Virus record (IMG/VR): IMGVR_UViG_3300044878_000069 | Coordinates: 1 to 30,673 of that record | Origin: a virus | Taxonomy: Duplodnaviria; Caudoviricetes | Strand: one strand, 5' to 3' | DNA: 30,673 nt | Shown here: one piece after another, positions 1 through 7,407 of the stretch | Position numbering within the stretch: position 1 is the stretch's first letter | Layout of the letters: each line of letters starts with the position of its first letter | Made by a program: the position numbers and the translations under genes | The notes under the pieces: generated by a model | Seen by the model: the letters and a program-made list of their open reading frames with translations, nothing else | Told to the model about the DNA's origin: nothing | The model's database searches: none

Positions 1-83
1 CCCTGATTGAAATTGATCTATATGCTGCGCGCTACGTTTCGTTGACGCCTAAAACGTGGCGCGCGAATGTGCGGTCTGTTAAG

Positions 84-479
84 TTAACAGCTGCTGTATG
101 GAATAACAGTGTCAGGTGACGTGGAAGAGACCGAAGAAGAGTTTTGCGCTGGTGCCGTGGAAGGGACTGTGATAGGCATGAGGCTGACGCGATTTGCGAA
201 CTGGAGGCGCTTTGATGGCTCCTGTCGAGCCCTCCGATCAGTCCAGGAGGCTGCCGCCCTGGCGCTGAAGTTGACCTGAATGACATTCCCGCTGACCTGG
301 ACAATCGCCGCATTGCACGACGCGTCCAGGTTGCGATCTATCAATTCCTTCAGGGTCTGAATGCTCAGCCCTGCAACGTGTTCAGCCAGCTCTATGCTGG
401 TGATGCCCGCGAGCGCTGAAATTTCCTCAATCAAGGCAAGATCGGCACTATCCAGCCTAAAATATTCTTCCATGGTCAT
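84..479 (-). CDS. Hypothetical protein, early-right operon
   Basis: 131-aa ORF with RBS GGGAG upstream of the ATG; ATGA overlap with the upstream small ORF. The Ser-rich C-terminus may be an extension. Confidence 0.55.
   Translation of the reverse strand: MTMEEYFRLDSADLALIEEISALAGITSIELAEHVAGLSIQTLKELIDRNLDASCNAAIVQVSGNVIQVNFSARAAASWTDRRARQEPSKRLQFANRVSLMPITVPSTAPAQNSSSVSSTSPDTVIPYSSC
94..109. promoter_or_regulatory. Putative LexA (SOS) box CTGTATGGAATAACAG
   Basis: CTG-N10-CAG with an AT-rich spacer, close to the gammaproteobacterial consensus CTGTATATATATACAG; a possible extended -10 (TGtTAACTT) lies just downstream on the - strand. Confidence 0.55.
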
Positions 480-628
480 GGATTTACTCCCTTGCTGATC
501 ATGCCTGCACGCACCGAAGGCATGACCGCCTCGACCCGGTAAAGCCTGGTCAGGTCATGGACTGCAGCGGCCACTACAACGACGGCGAAGTCATCGCCGG
601 CAAACTCTACAAATTCGTCCCTGGTCAA
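476..628 (-). CDS. Small hypothetical protein (~50 aa, MTRDEFVEFAGDDFAVVVV...)
   Basis: Read by hand: TTG start after GGGGTG, stop overlaps the ATG of 84..479 (ATGA). Below the ORF-track cutoff. Confidence 0.35.
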   Translation of the reverse strand: MTRDEFVEFAGDDFAVVVVAAAVHDLTRLYRVEAVMPSVRAGMISKGVNP

Positions 629-657
629 AGCGGTCACCCCATAAAATTTAGTGAATA

Positions 658-861
658 TTATGCGCGCTGTTTGGCTATGAATTCAGGCAGCTGGCCGGTC
701 CTGCGGTACTCTTCCAGGATTGCCCGCATGGCAATTCTTGCCATGACGCTGTGCAGTTGTCCTTCCGCGTGAGCCATCTCTTTCCACTCTTTGTACTCGC
801 TATCGACGAGTCGGACCTTGATCTGCCTTTCGTGCATCAGTTCTTCTGGTACGTATGCCAT
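658..861 (-). CDS. Small DNA-binding regulator (ribbon-helix-helix-like) at the cII position
   Basis: 67 aa directly downstream of cro; IKVRL beta-strand followed by two helices, RHH-like. Confidence 0.6.
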   Translation of the reverse strand: MAYVPEELMHERQIKVRLVDSEYKEWKEMAHAEGQLHSVMARIAMRAILEEYRRTGQLPEFIAKQRA

Positions 862-885
862 ATAAGCCCCTTTGTTTTACGTTTA

Positions 886-1089
886 TCAGTCTGGTGCTGC
901 TTTCTTCTTTACGATCGGGAAGTCACTAAGCTCTTTCCCTTCTGCCTTTCCGTCCGGTAGCACGGTGACGAATATTTCTCGCCCTGCCTCTACCGCCTTT
1001 GTTATGCCCTGGTGGCTAACGCCGAGCATCTTTCCCACTCTCACCGGACCCAGCTCTGCAACCAACTGTTTTAGCGGAACACCTTGCAT
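886..1089 (-). CDS. cro: Lambda Cro-family repressor
   Basis: LGVSHQGITKAVEAGREIFVTVLPDGKAEGKELSDFP aligns by eye with lambda Cro [37 protein letters not shown]; RBS AGGAG upstream. Confidence 0.9.
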   Translation of the reverse strand: MQGVPLKQLVAELGPVRVGKMLGVSHQGITKAVEAGREIFVTVLPDGKAEGKELSDFPIVKKKAAPD

Positions 1090-1117
1090 GGACTACTCCT
1101 TGGCCAGCCGATGTCCC

Positions 1118-1146
1118 ATGGTAACTAACGGTTGCGGAGTCTTCAA
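1118..1146 (-). promoter_or_regulatory. PR-like promoter (TTGAAG-N17-TACCAT) containing 17-bp operator GGTAACTAACGGTTGCG (1120-1136)
   Basis: Sigma70-type spacing upstream of cro; the operator is quasi-palindromic and matches the inverted copy at 1224-1240 at 14/17 positions. Confidence 0.75.
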
Positions 1147-1171
1147 CGGTATTTCGTCAAGTCTAGTCCCT

Positions 1172-1187
1172 TTGCGGTCTCCCGCAA
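1172..1187. repeat. Short inverted repeat TTGCGG-TCTC-CCGCAA between the divergent promoters
   Basis: Perfect 6-bp stem seen directly; possibly a terminator remnant. Confidence 0.35.
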
Positions 1188-1213
1188 CTTAAAAATTATT
1201 TCATCGAAAGTGC

Positions 1214-1242
1214 TTTACAGGCTCGCAACCTAGAGTTACCTT
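1214..1242 (+). promoter_or_regulatory. PL-like promoter (TTTACA-N17-TACCTT) containing 17-bp operator CGCAACCTAGAGTTACC (1224-1240)
   Basis: Sigma70-type spacing, AT-rich UP-like tract at 1189-1201, operator is the inverted counterpart of 1120-1136. Confidence 0.75.
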
Positions 1243-1295
1243 TAACCCATCGAAGCGGTCCCTCGCAGCTCCCTTGCAAGAGACCGTGCTCGAAC

Positions 1296-1340
1296 CGCTC
1301 TTTAACATCGCTGAAGACAGACCCAGGACGAGATCCTGGG
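1296..1340 (+). promoter_or_regulatory. nut-like site: boxA CGCTCTTTAACA followed by hairpin CCCAGGA-CGAGA-TCCTGGG
   Basis: Match to the extended boxA consensus of rrn/lambdoid antitermination at 1296-1307; 7-bp hairpin at 1322-1340; located in the PL leader. Confidence 0.65.
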
Positions 1341-1410
1341 AACAGTACGCAACACGGCCTGCTTCCGCGTTCGAGAGATCGGCGCGCAAGGTTTGCCGGG
1401 AGTACGGAAC

Positions 1411-1451
1411 ATTTCACTGATGCACCTGGTTGCCCGGGTGCATTGGGAAAT
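1411..1451 (+). repeat. 41-nt structured repeat copy 1 (ATTTCACTG...GGGAAAT), long bulged hairpin
   Basis: Folds into an 18-bp helix (with G-U pairs) with a single A bulge; same ends and length as 1685-1725. Confidence 0.6.
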
Positions 1452-1466
1452 TAACCCGACAGGAGT

Positions 1467-1679
1467 ATGAGCATGGCACGGTTCAACATTGACTCACACC
1501 TGAGCAACGGAAGGCGTCTCGACTGGCTTGCACTGCCTGACAAGGGCGAAACAGCTCAGCAGGTCGTGTCGAAGGTAAAGCAGGCTGCTGTCGACAAATT
1601 CGGCGCGTCAGTGTTCTTCAAGAAATGGACGCACGTAGTAGCCAGCAATGGCTACGTTACGGTGCAGATGCACGCTTGA
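1467..1679 (+). CDS. Hypothetical protein, first gene of the early-left operon
   Basis: 70-aa ORF with RBS AGGAG; actual start may be the second ATG (1473). Confidence 0.75.
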   Translation: MSMARFNIDSHLSNGRRLDWLALPDKGETAQQVVSKVKQAAVDKFGASVFFKKWTHVVASNGYVTVQMHA

Positions 1680-1684
1680 TGGAA

Positions 1685-1725
1685 ATTTCACTGGCTGGCC
1701 TTCTAACCAGGGCCAGACGGGAAAT
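1685..1725 (+). repeat. 41-nt structured repeat copy 2 (ATTTCACTG...GGGAAAT)
   Basis: ~17-bp helix with the A bulge at the same position as copy 1 but a different apical sequence. Confidence 0.6.
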
Positions 1726-1753
1726 CAACCAACGCAAGCAGGGGTACAGGAAC

Positions 1754-1948
1754 ATGAAAAATGAAACAGGTGTAGCCCTCTTGGGCGACGAAATTGAACT
1801 TGACGCACTGAGCCTTCGCGGCCTGTTCGTCACCAAGGCGATGGGCGACTCGGCTGTGTATCCGGGCACCAGGGCGTATCGCCAATCCCAGCAACGCATG
1901 CACGGCAGCAACTCGGCCCGCACCTTCCGCCATCACAGCCGCCTTTAA
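1754..1948 (+). CDS. Possible small hypothetical protein (MKNETGVALLG...)
   Basis: ATG after CAGGAAC inside the 1625..1948 frame; no recognisable motif. Confidence 0.3.
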   Translation: MKNETGVALLGDEIELDALSLRGLFVTKAMGDSAVYPGTRAYRQSQQRMHGSNSARTFRHHSRL

Positions 1949-1993
1949 AGCACGAAATTAGCGGTCTCTTCCACGTCACCGAGGGTTACTTAA

Positions 1994-2236
1994 ATGTTCA
2001 ACTCCACAGCGAGAGCGGTTTTCGATGAGCGATTGAAAAAGGTCCACGCAATGCCCGCCGGCGACCTGGTTGGCAGCGAATCTGAACTGAATTACCTGGC
2101 AGGCCTGGTCTCCTACGCGCTTTTCGAGGGAAACATCGGGCACGAAGAGTCGAGCCAACTGAACGACCAATTAAACGCCGCTCGCTCCCTGCGAGTGTCA
2201 CGCCTTTGCGGATCAACCGAGAGGATGCACGCATGA
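1994..2236 (+). CDS. Hypothetical protein
   Basis: 80-aa ORF, RBS GAGG, ATGA-coupled to the next ORF. Confidence 0.7.
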   Translation: MFNSTARAVFDERLKKVHAMPAGDLVGSESELNYLAGLVSYALFEGNIGHEESSQLNDQLNAARSLRVSRLCGSTERMHA

Positions 2237-2427
2237 CCACGCCAATCGTTAAATCACTGATCGACGAGCAGCTCGAAGAGATCGAGCGCGGCCTGGCCAT
2301 CATTGCCCACGGCATCCCGTTCTATCAGGTGATCGGCAAGTCGCCGGACTTCAAGGTCTGCGACCTCAAGGTGCAGCTCTCGGCAACGCAGAAAGGCAAC
2401 AGGATTGCCGTGAGAGCGCGGCCATGA
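2233..2427 (+). CDS. Hypothetical protein (MTTPIVKSLIDEQLEEIER...)
   Basis: RBS GAGG, ATGA overlaps at both ends. Confidence 0.7.
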   Translation: MTTPIVKSLIDEQLEEIERGLAIIAHGIPFYQVIGKSPDFKVCDLKVQLSATQKGNRIAVRARP

Positions 2428-2804
2428 CGCAGACAGCAGAGGCAAAGCTCGTTGAGCTGGCCAAGGCCTACGCCCGGCACCGGAAAGCGTTGCGCGAGAA
2501 CGCCCAGGCCATTCGCGACCTGAATCGCAAGCAGGACGAGTTCATCGACCTCAAGCCGATCCGGGCCGAGTATTTCGATCCGAAGCGCCCGGACCTTGCC
2601 ATGTACGAATGCGTCGTCTGGGAAGGGTGGGCTCATGCAGTCGGGGTTTACATCGACAATCACGACATCGAGGACGGCTACGACAGCCCAATGATGGCTG
2701 CCGCCCGGCTGCTCGATGAGCGCAAAGAAATCAACGCCCAAGGCGCCCGCATCCGCAACCGCCTGCGCATCATTGGGGACCAGCTACTGAGGGCTGAGCC
2801 ATGA
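2424..2804 (+). CDS. Hypothetical protein
   Basis: 126-aa ORF translationally coupled on both sides. Confidence 0.75.
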   Translation: MTQTAEAKLVELAKAYARHRKALRENAQAIRDLNRKQDEFIDLKPIRAEYFDPKRPDLAMYECVVWEGWAHAVGVYIDNHDIEDGYDSPMMAAARLLDERKEINAQGARIRNRLRIIGDQLLRAEP

Positions 2805-2932
2805 ACGCAAACCCACGCAAGACAGTACGCAAGCAACCGCGCCCTGATCTGCACGACTGCGCCAAGGGGCGGATGCACGAGCCTGTAGCACGGCGCGTCG
2901 TAACCACTATGCCGGGCGGGTACATCGCCTGA
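2801..2932 (+). CDS. Small hypothetical protein (43 aa, MNANPRKTVRKQPRPDLHDCAKG...)
   Basis: Read by hand; ATGA overlap with the upstream stop; fills the gap before the next RBS. Confidence 0.55.
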   Translation: MNANPRKTVRKQPRPDLHDCAKGRMHEPVARRVVTTMPGGYIA

Positions 2933-2945
2933 GAAGGAGTAAGTC

Positions 2946-3203
2946 ATGCGAGCATTTTGGCTCACGTTTCAAGGTAAACCCGCTGGCTGCGTAGAGGCGC
3001 CGAGCGAGGCTGAAGCCCGCGCAATTGGCGAGGCGGATCGCGGCACGCCGGCGCTGACTTGCGACGGCATCCCGTACCCGGCGAACCCGCGCATTAACAA
3101 GCACATCGACCCGAAGTGGGGTGTCTGCCCGGCTTTCTGCTACTCGCCCGAGCGGTGCAAGGGTCGAACCTGCTGCCCTCAAAACTACTCCTGCACCGAG
3201 TAA
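2946..3203 (+). CDS. Small Cys-rich hypothetical protein
   Basis: Strong RBS AAGGAG; 85 aa with 8 Cys, 6 of them in the C-terminal third. Confidence 0.75.
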   Translation: MRAFWLTFQGKPAGCVEAPSEAEARAIGEADRGTPALTCDGIPYPANPRINKHIDPKWGVCPAFCYSPERCKGRTCCPQNYSCTE

Positions 3204-3230
3204 CCAGGCCGCCCAACCCAGGAGGCAACC

Positions 3231-4568
3231 ATGTCAACAAGCTACGCAGACAGCGCCCAGGCCCGGGAATGGGATCGACGGTATGACGCATGGGGCAGAC
3301 CCAAGCAGGCTTCGGCTGACTTCTTCCACGACTACGAGGCGAGCGCCGCCCGGAGCGCTGAGCGGGAAGCGATCCGACTGGCCGAACGCAAGGCCGCCCA
3401 GGTGCGGATCAATGCGGCCGTTGAGCAGATCGGCGACTTCTTCGGACTAAATGACAACATTTCTCAAAGTCCCTTGCACGGGACCATCGACGTACAAGGG
3501 GTGAACATGAACGCAACGACTGAACTGGCCACCGTGCCACCAAAGGAAACCGCGCTGGCCGTGTACAGCGCGCCGAACGGCCTGGAGCCGTGGCTGCAAA
3601 AGATCCGCGACGAGGTTCTGGCATTAGTTCCAGACACCAGCACCGCAAAGGGTCGCGCCGCCATCGCCTCTATTGCCTATAAGGTCGCGAAGTCGAAAGT
3701 GGCCCTGGACGACGCCGGCAAAAAGCTGGTGGCCGAGCTGAAGGAAGTCCCGAAGCTGATCGACGCAGAGCGCAAGAGGATGCGCGAGACGCTGGAGGCT
3801 CTTCAGGATCAGGTCCGTCGCCCACTGAATGAGTGGGAGGAAAAAGAGGCGGCCCGGGTCGCTGCGCACAAGGCCGTGATCGCGCACATCGAAAACACCG
3901 ACACCGCCGGCATGAGCGCTGCGCTGATCGGTGCCAAGGTCCAGGATCTGGACAGCCTGGAGATCAACCAGGAGCTGGAAGAGTTCGAGGCCGACGCACA
4001 CCGGGCAAAGGCTGCCTCTCTGGCGATCCTGCGCAAGACCCTGGCAGACCAGGAGCAGTACGAGGCGGAACAGGCCGAACTGGTCAGACTGCGAGCCGAG
4101 GCTGACGCCCGCGAGCAGAAAGAGCGCGAGCAACGAATCGCCCACGAAGCCGCCGAGAAGGCCCGCATCGAGGCGGAACAGAAGGCGCAGCGCGAGCGGG
4201 ACGAAGCAGCCAAGCGCGAGAACGACCTGAAGCTGGCCGCGGCCGAGTCTGAACGCAAGGCCGAGCAGGCAAAGCGCGACAAGGAAGAAGCCGACCAGCG
4301 CGCCGAGCGTGAGCGCAAAGAGGCGGCAGCCCGGCAAGAGCAAGCAGTCGAGCAGGCGCGACTGGATGAGCAGAAGCGCGCAGACGATGCCGCCGCCGAG
4401 ATCATCCGCCAGCAGGACGCCCGCGCAGCCGATACGGCGCACCGCGGCAAGGTCAACCGGGCAGCGCTGGAAGCCTTCACCGCTAACGGCATGACCGAAG
4501 CCTGCGCCAAGCAAGCCATCACTCTGATTGTGCTGGGCAAGATCCCGGCCATCACCCTCACTTACTGA
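3231..4568 (+). CDS. Phage coiled-coil (Ala/Glu/Arg-rich, often labelled TolA-like) protein of the recombination module; second likely start at 3507
   Basis: RBS GGAGG at the 5' end and GGGGTG before internal in-frame ATG 3507; motif TAKGRAAIASIAYKVAKSK followed by a long charged helix. Confidence 0.75.
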   Translation: MSTSYADSAQAREWDRRYDAWGRPKQASADFFHDYEASAARSAEREAIRLAERKAAQVRINAAVEQIGDFFGLNDNISQSPLHGTIDVQGVNMNATTELATVPPKETALAVYSAPNGLEPWLQKIRDEVLALVPDTSTAKGRAAIASIAYKVAKSKVALDDAGKKLVAELKEVPKLIDAERKRMRETLEALQDQVRRPLNEWEEKEAARVAAHKAVIAHIENTDTAGMSAALIGAKVQDLDSLEINQELEEFEADAHRAKAASLAILRKTLADQEQYEAEQAELVRLRAEADAREQKEREQRIAHEAAEKARIEAEQKAQRERDEAAKRENDLKLAAAESERKAEQAKRDKEEADQRAERERKEAAARQEQAVEQARLDEQKRADDAAAEIIRQQDARAADTAHRGKVNRAALEAFTANGMTEACAKQAITLIVLGKIPAITLTY

Positions 4569-4575
4569 GGTCGCC

Positions 4576-4719
4576 ATGAACACACCACGACTGACCGCCC
4601 AGCTCGACTGGATGACGGTAGGCGCGTTCGACCCTGAGAAGTACCAGGGCGAACAGCGCAAAGAATATGAAGACGAGGCGCTGCGTATCCAGCGCCAGTG
4701 GGATAACCAGCCAATCTGA
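4576..4719 (+). CDS. Small hypothetical protein (47 aa)
   Basis: RBS GAGG before ATG 4576; tight packing before the ATPase. Confidence 0.65.
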   Translation: MNTPRLTAQLDWMTVGAFDPEKYQGEQRKEYEDEALRIQRQWDNQPI

Positions 4720-4728
4720 GGTGCCGAC

Positions 4729-5367
4729 ATGGCAACTGTAACCCTGATCCTCGGCAAGTCCGGCAGCGGTAAGAGCGCGTCAATGCGCAACTTCAAGCCC
4801 GCCGACGTGGCCCTGATCCAAGTCATCAAAAAGCCCCTCCCGTTTCGAGACTCCAAGGTCTGGAAGCCCTACGTCACGGACGACTGGAACAAGGTCATCG
4901 GCGCCACCCGGCAGACGAAGCGGAAGGTGATCGTGATCGATGACTTCCAATACATCTTGGCCAACGAGTTCATGCGCCGGAGCGAGGAAAAGGGCTTCGA
5001 CAAGTTCACCGAGATCGGTCGGCATACCTGGAACATCTTCGAGGCGATGCTTCATCTGCCCGACGACGTTCGCGTCTACATCCTAAGCCACACCGAGGAA
5101 ACAGACGCCGGCCAGATCAAGATGAAAACCATCGGCAAGATGCTGGACGAGAAAATCACGCTGGAAGGCATGGTGACCATCGTTCTGCGCTCGCTTGTCA
5201 TGGACGGCCAGCACTTCTTCAGCACCCGCAACAACGGATCGGACACGACCAAGGCCCCAATGGGCATGTTCGAAGATCCCATGGTCGAGAACGACCTGGC
5301 AGCGGTTGACGCTGCGATCTGCGATTACTACGACATCAAACCTACCGAAATCACCCAGGCCGCATAG
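4729..5367 (+). CDS. sak4: Sak4-like P-loop ATPase / single-strand annealing recombinase (AAA_24-like)
   Basis: Walker A GKSGSGKS, Walker B VIVIDDFQY, ILSH motif; followed by an SSB-like gene as in Sak4 modules. Confidence 0.8.
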   Translation: MATVTLILGKSGSGKSASMRNFKPADVALIQVIKKPLPFRDSKVWKPYVTDDWNKVIGATRQTKRKVIVIDDFQYILANEFMRRSEEKGFDKFTEIGRHTWNIFEAMLHLPDDVRVYILSHTEETDAGQIKMKTIGKMLDEKITLEGMVTIVLRSLVMDGQHFFSTRNNGSDTTKAPMGMFEDPMVENDLAAVDAAICDYYDIKPTEITQAA

Positions 5368-5378
5368 GAGCCTTCCAC

Positions 5379-6032
5379 ATGTTCAATCTTGACGCTAACG
5401 CAGCACGTTCCGCCGACAACAAGTCCGCCTTCATTGACGAGGCCGGCAAGTACATCGGCGACTTCACCCGGGCCGAGTACATGGAGAAGAAGGAGACCGG
5501 CTCTACCGGGATCGGCTTCACCTACAAGACCCGCGACGGCGCAGAAGGCAACTTCTACGTGAACCTGACCTACCAGCACGGCACCCGAAATGACGGCGGT
5601 TACGCGATCGTAAACGCGATCATGGCCTGCTTGAAGCTGCGCGCAGTCGGCGCACCTCAGCCGATCAAGTTTGAAAAGTGGGACAACGACCTGAAGCAGC
5701 GCGTTGAAGTGACCGCGCCGGGCTTCCCGGAGCTGATGGGCAAGACGATCGGCCTGCTGCTCCAGATGGAAATCGAGAAGACCAGCACCACCGGCATGGA
5801 ACGCCCGATCATCTACGCGCCATTCAGCGCCGAGTCGGAAAAGACCGCTTCAGAGATCCTTGATCCGAAGTGCATGGCACCGGTGAAGCTGGCCAAGATG
5901 GTTCAGCAGCTCATGAAGAAACCGGTTCGCGACAACCGACCGAAGCACCTGCAGGGCCAGCCGAGCAATGACGGCTACGGCCACAACCAGGACGAACCGC
6001 ACTACGAATTCGACGACATCCCGTTCGATTGA
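5379..6032 (+). CDS. Phage ssDNA-binding protein (DUF669-like)
   Basis: Acidic C-terminal tail EFDDIPFD typical of SSBs; directly downstream of the Sak4-like gene. Confidence 0.7.
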   Translation: MFNLDANAARSADNKSAFIDEAGKYIGDFTRAEYMEKKETGSTGIGFTYKTRDGAEGNFYVNLTYQHGTRNDGGYAIVNAIMACLKLRAVGAPQPIKFEKWDNDLKQRVEVTAPGFPELMGKTIGLLLQMEIEKTSTTGMERPIIYAPFSAESEKTASEILDPKCMAPVKLAKMVQQLMKKPVRDNRPKHLQGQPSNDGYGHNQDEPHYEFDDIPFD

Positions 6033-6109
6033 TCGTCACGCCGCATGAGCAATAACCCGCCGGGCCATCGCCTGGCGGACTAAAAACCAAGTGAAATCAG
6101 GGGTAACCA

Positions 6110-6784
6110 ATGAACGCAATTATTTTCGATTCCGAGACTACAGGCCTGAAAGACCCGCAGATGGTCGAAGGCGCCTATCTCAAACTCGCCGACATCCAGA
6201 CCTTGGAAGTCGTCGAAGAATTCCTGCAGCGCTACAAGCCGTCGAAGCCGATCGAACTGGGCGCGCTGGCCACCAGCCACATCTACGACGAAGAGTTGGT
6301 CGACTGCCCGCCGCACACCGACTTCGCTCTGCCTGAAGGCACCACCTACATCATCGGCCACAACGTCGACTATGACTGGGGCGTGATCGGCCAGCCGGAC
6401 GTGAAGCGGATCTGCACCCAGGCGCTGAGCCGTGCGCTCTGGCCGGATGCGGACTCGCACAGCCAGTCGGCGATGATCTACCTGCACTACCGGGAGCACG
6501 CACGCGGACTCTTGCAGAACGCTCACGCCGCGCTCGACGACGTACTCAACTGCCGCCGGCTCCTGGTCAAGATCCTGGAAGAACTGGTCACCCGCAACGG
6601 CGCACCGGTTTTCAGCTTCGAAGACCTCTGGATGATCTCCGAAGAGGCGCGCATTCCGACCGTGATCCGATTCGGCAAGCACGCCGGATCGAAAATCGCC
6701 GACATCCCGGCCGACTACAAGCGTTGGCTGCTCGGTCAGGCCGACGTTGATCCGTACCTGCGCAAGGCGCTGATGACCAAATAA
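6110..6784 (+). CDS. DEDDh 3'-5' exonuclease (ExoX / DNA pol III epsilon-like)
   Basis: Motifs FDSETTG, GHNVDYD, AHAALDDV; C-terminal FGKHAG...IPADY..WL small domain. Confidence 0.9.
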   Translation: MNAIIFDSETTGLKDPQMVEGAYLKLADIQTLEVVEEFLQRYKPSKPIELGALATSHIYDEELVDCPPHTDFALPEGTTYIIGHNVDYDWGVIGQPDVKRICTQALSRALWPDADSHSQSAMIYLHYREHARGLLQNAHAALDDVLNCRRLLVKILEELVTRNGAPVFSFEDLWMISEEARIPTVIRFGKHAGSKIADIPADYKRWLLGQADVDPYLRKALMTK

Positions 6785-6801
6785 CCGACCAGTAACCGAC
6801 C

Positions 6802-6831
6802 AAAGGGCGCCAGATGAGCGCCCTTTCTTTT
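6802..6831 (+). terminator. Intrinsic terminator-like hairpin
   Basis: AAAGGGCGC-CAGATGA-GCGCCCTTT followed by CTTTT. Confidence 0.6.
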
Positions 6832-6840
6832 GGGTGCCAA

Positions 6841-7335
6841 ATGAACCAATACAACGACCTCAAATCCCTCGACAGATCTTCGCTGGAAGCCGCGAAAGCC
6901 AACTTTTTTGCATCCGGCGGCAAGATCGACGTTCTGCAAACCTTCGAATTCAAACCGCTACCCCCGCGCATCGAGCCTCGGCTGACGCAGGAAGAGATCG
7001 AGCTACGACAGATGGCCGATCAGATCCGAACGCTGAGCGTGACGATGATCAAGCTGGACCTGGCCAAGCACCTTGGCATTTCGCAAGACCGCGTGACGAA
7101 GATCTGCAAGCAGTTCGGGATCAACCTCAAGTCCGGCGCCGGGCGCGCCTCGGGGAAGAAGGGCGTCTACATCATCGACCCGGAAGAGGACAAGGCTTTG
7201 GTCGAACGGCTTCGCGCGATGGCTGAGATTGGAGTGTCGAAGCGCCAGGCCGGCGCCCACCTGAAAATCGGCTGGCACAAGATGACGCGCCTGGTCGACA
7301 CCTTCCAGATTCGATTCAAAGGGACGCGCAAGTAA
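6841..7335 (+). CDS. Hypothetical protein with possible tandem HTH motifs
   Basis: Start taken at ATG 6841; LAKHLGISQDRVTKI and AGAHLKIGWHKMTRL resemble HTH units. Confidence 0.7.
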   Translation: MNQYNDLKSLDRSSLEAAKANFFASGGKIDVLQTFEFKPLPPRIEPRLTQEEIELRQMADQIRTLSVTMIKLDLAKHLGISQDRVTKICKQFGINLKSGAGRASGKKGVYIIDPEEDKALVERLRAMAEIGVSKRQAGAHLKIGWHKMTRLVDTFQIRFKGTRK

Positions 7336-7407
7336 TGCGACTCCGATCAGGGGCGCGCCAGCGTGCGCGCCTTGTCCAGCACCAACTGCCAGCGAGCGGG
7401 TTATCGA

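Noticed and set aside
19-75. Vestigial antirepressor (Rha-like) N-terminus APRFRRQRNVARSI* on the - strand
   Set aside because: The resemblance is from memory only, very short, lacks a start codon and is at the window edge; not supportable.
1196-1417. Short - strand ORFs (73 and 62 aa) as a possible repressor
   Set aside because: No HTH or RBS, wrong orientation for cI, and they overlap the PL promoter and leader.
3624-4856. 410-aa and 250-aa antisense ORFs over the coiled-coil gene
   Set aside because: Shadow ORFs from GC-rich, biased codon usage of the + strand gene; no RBS or motifs.
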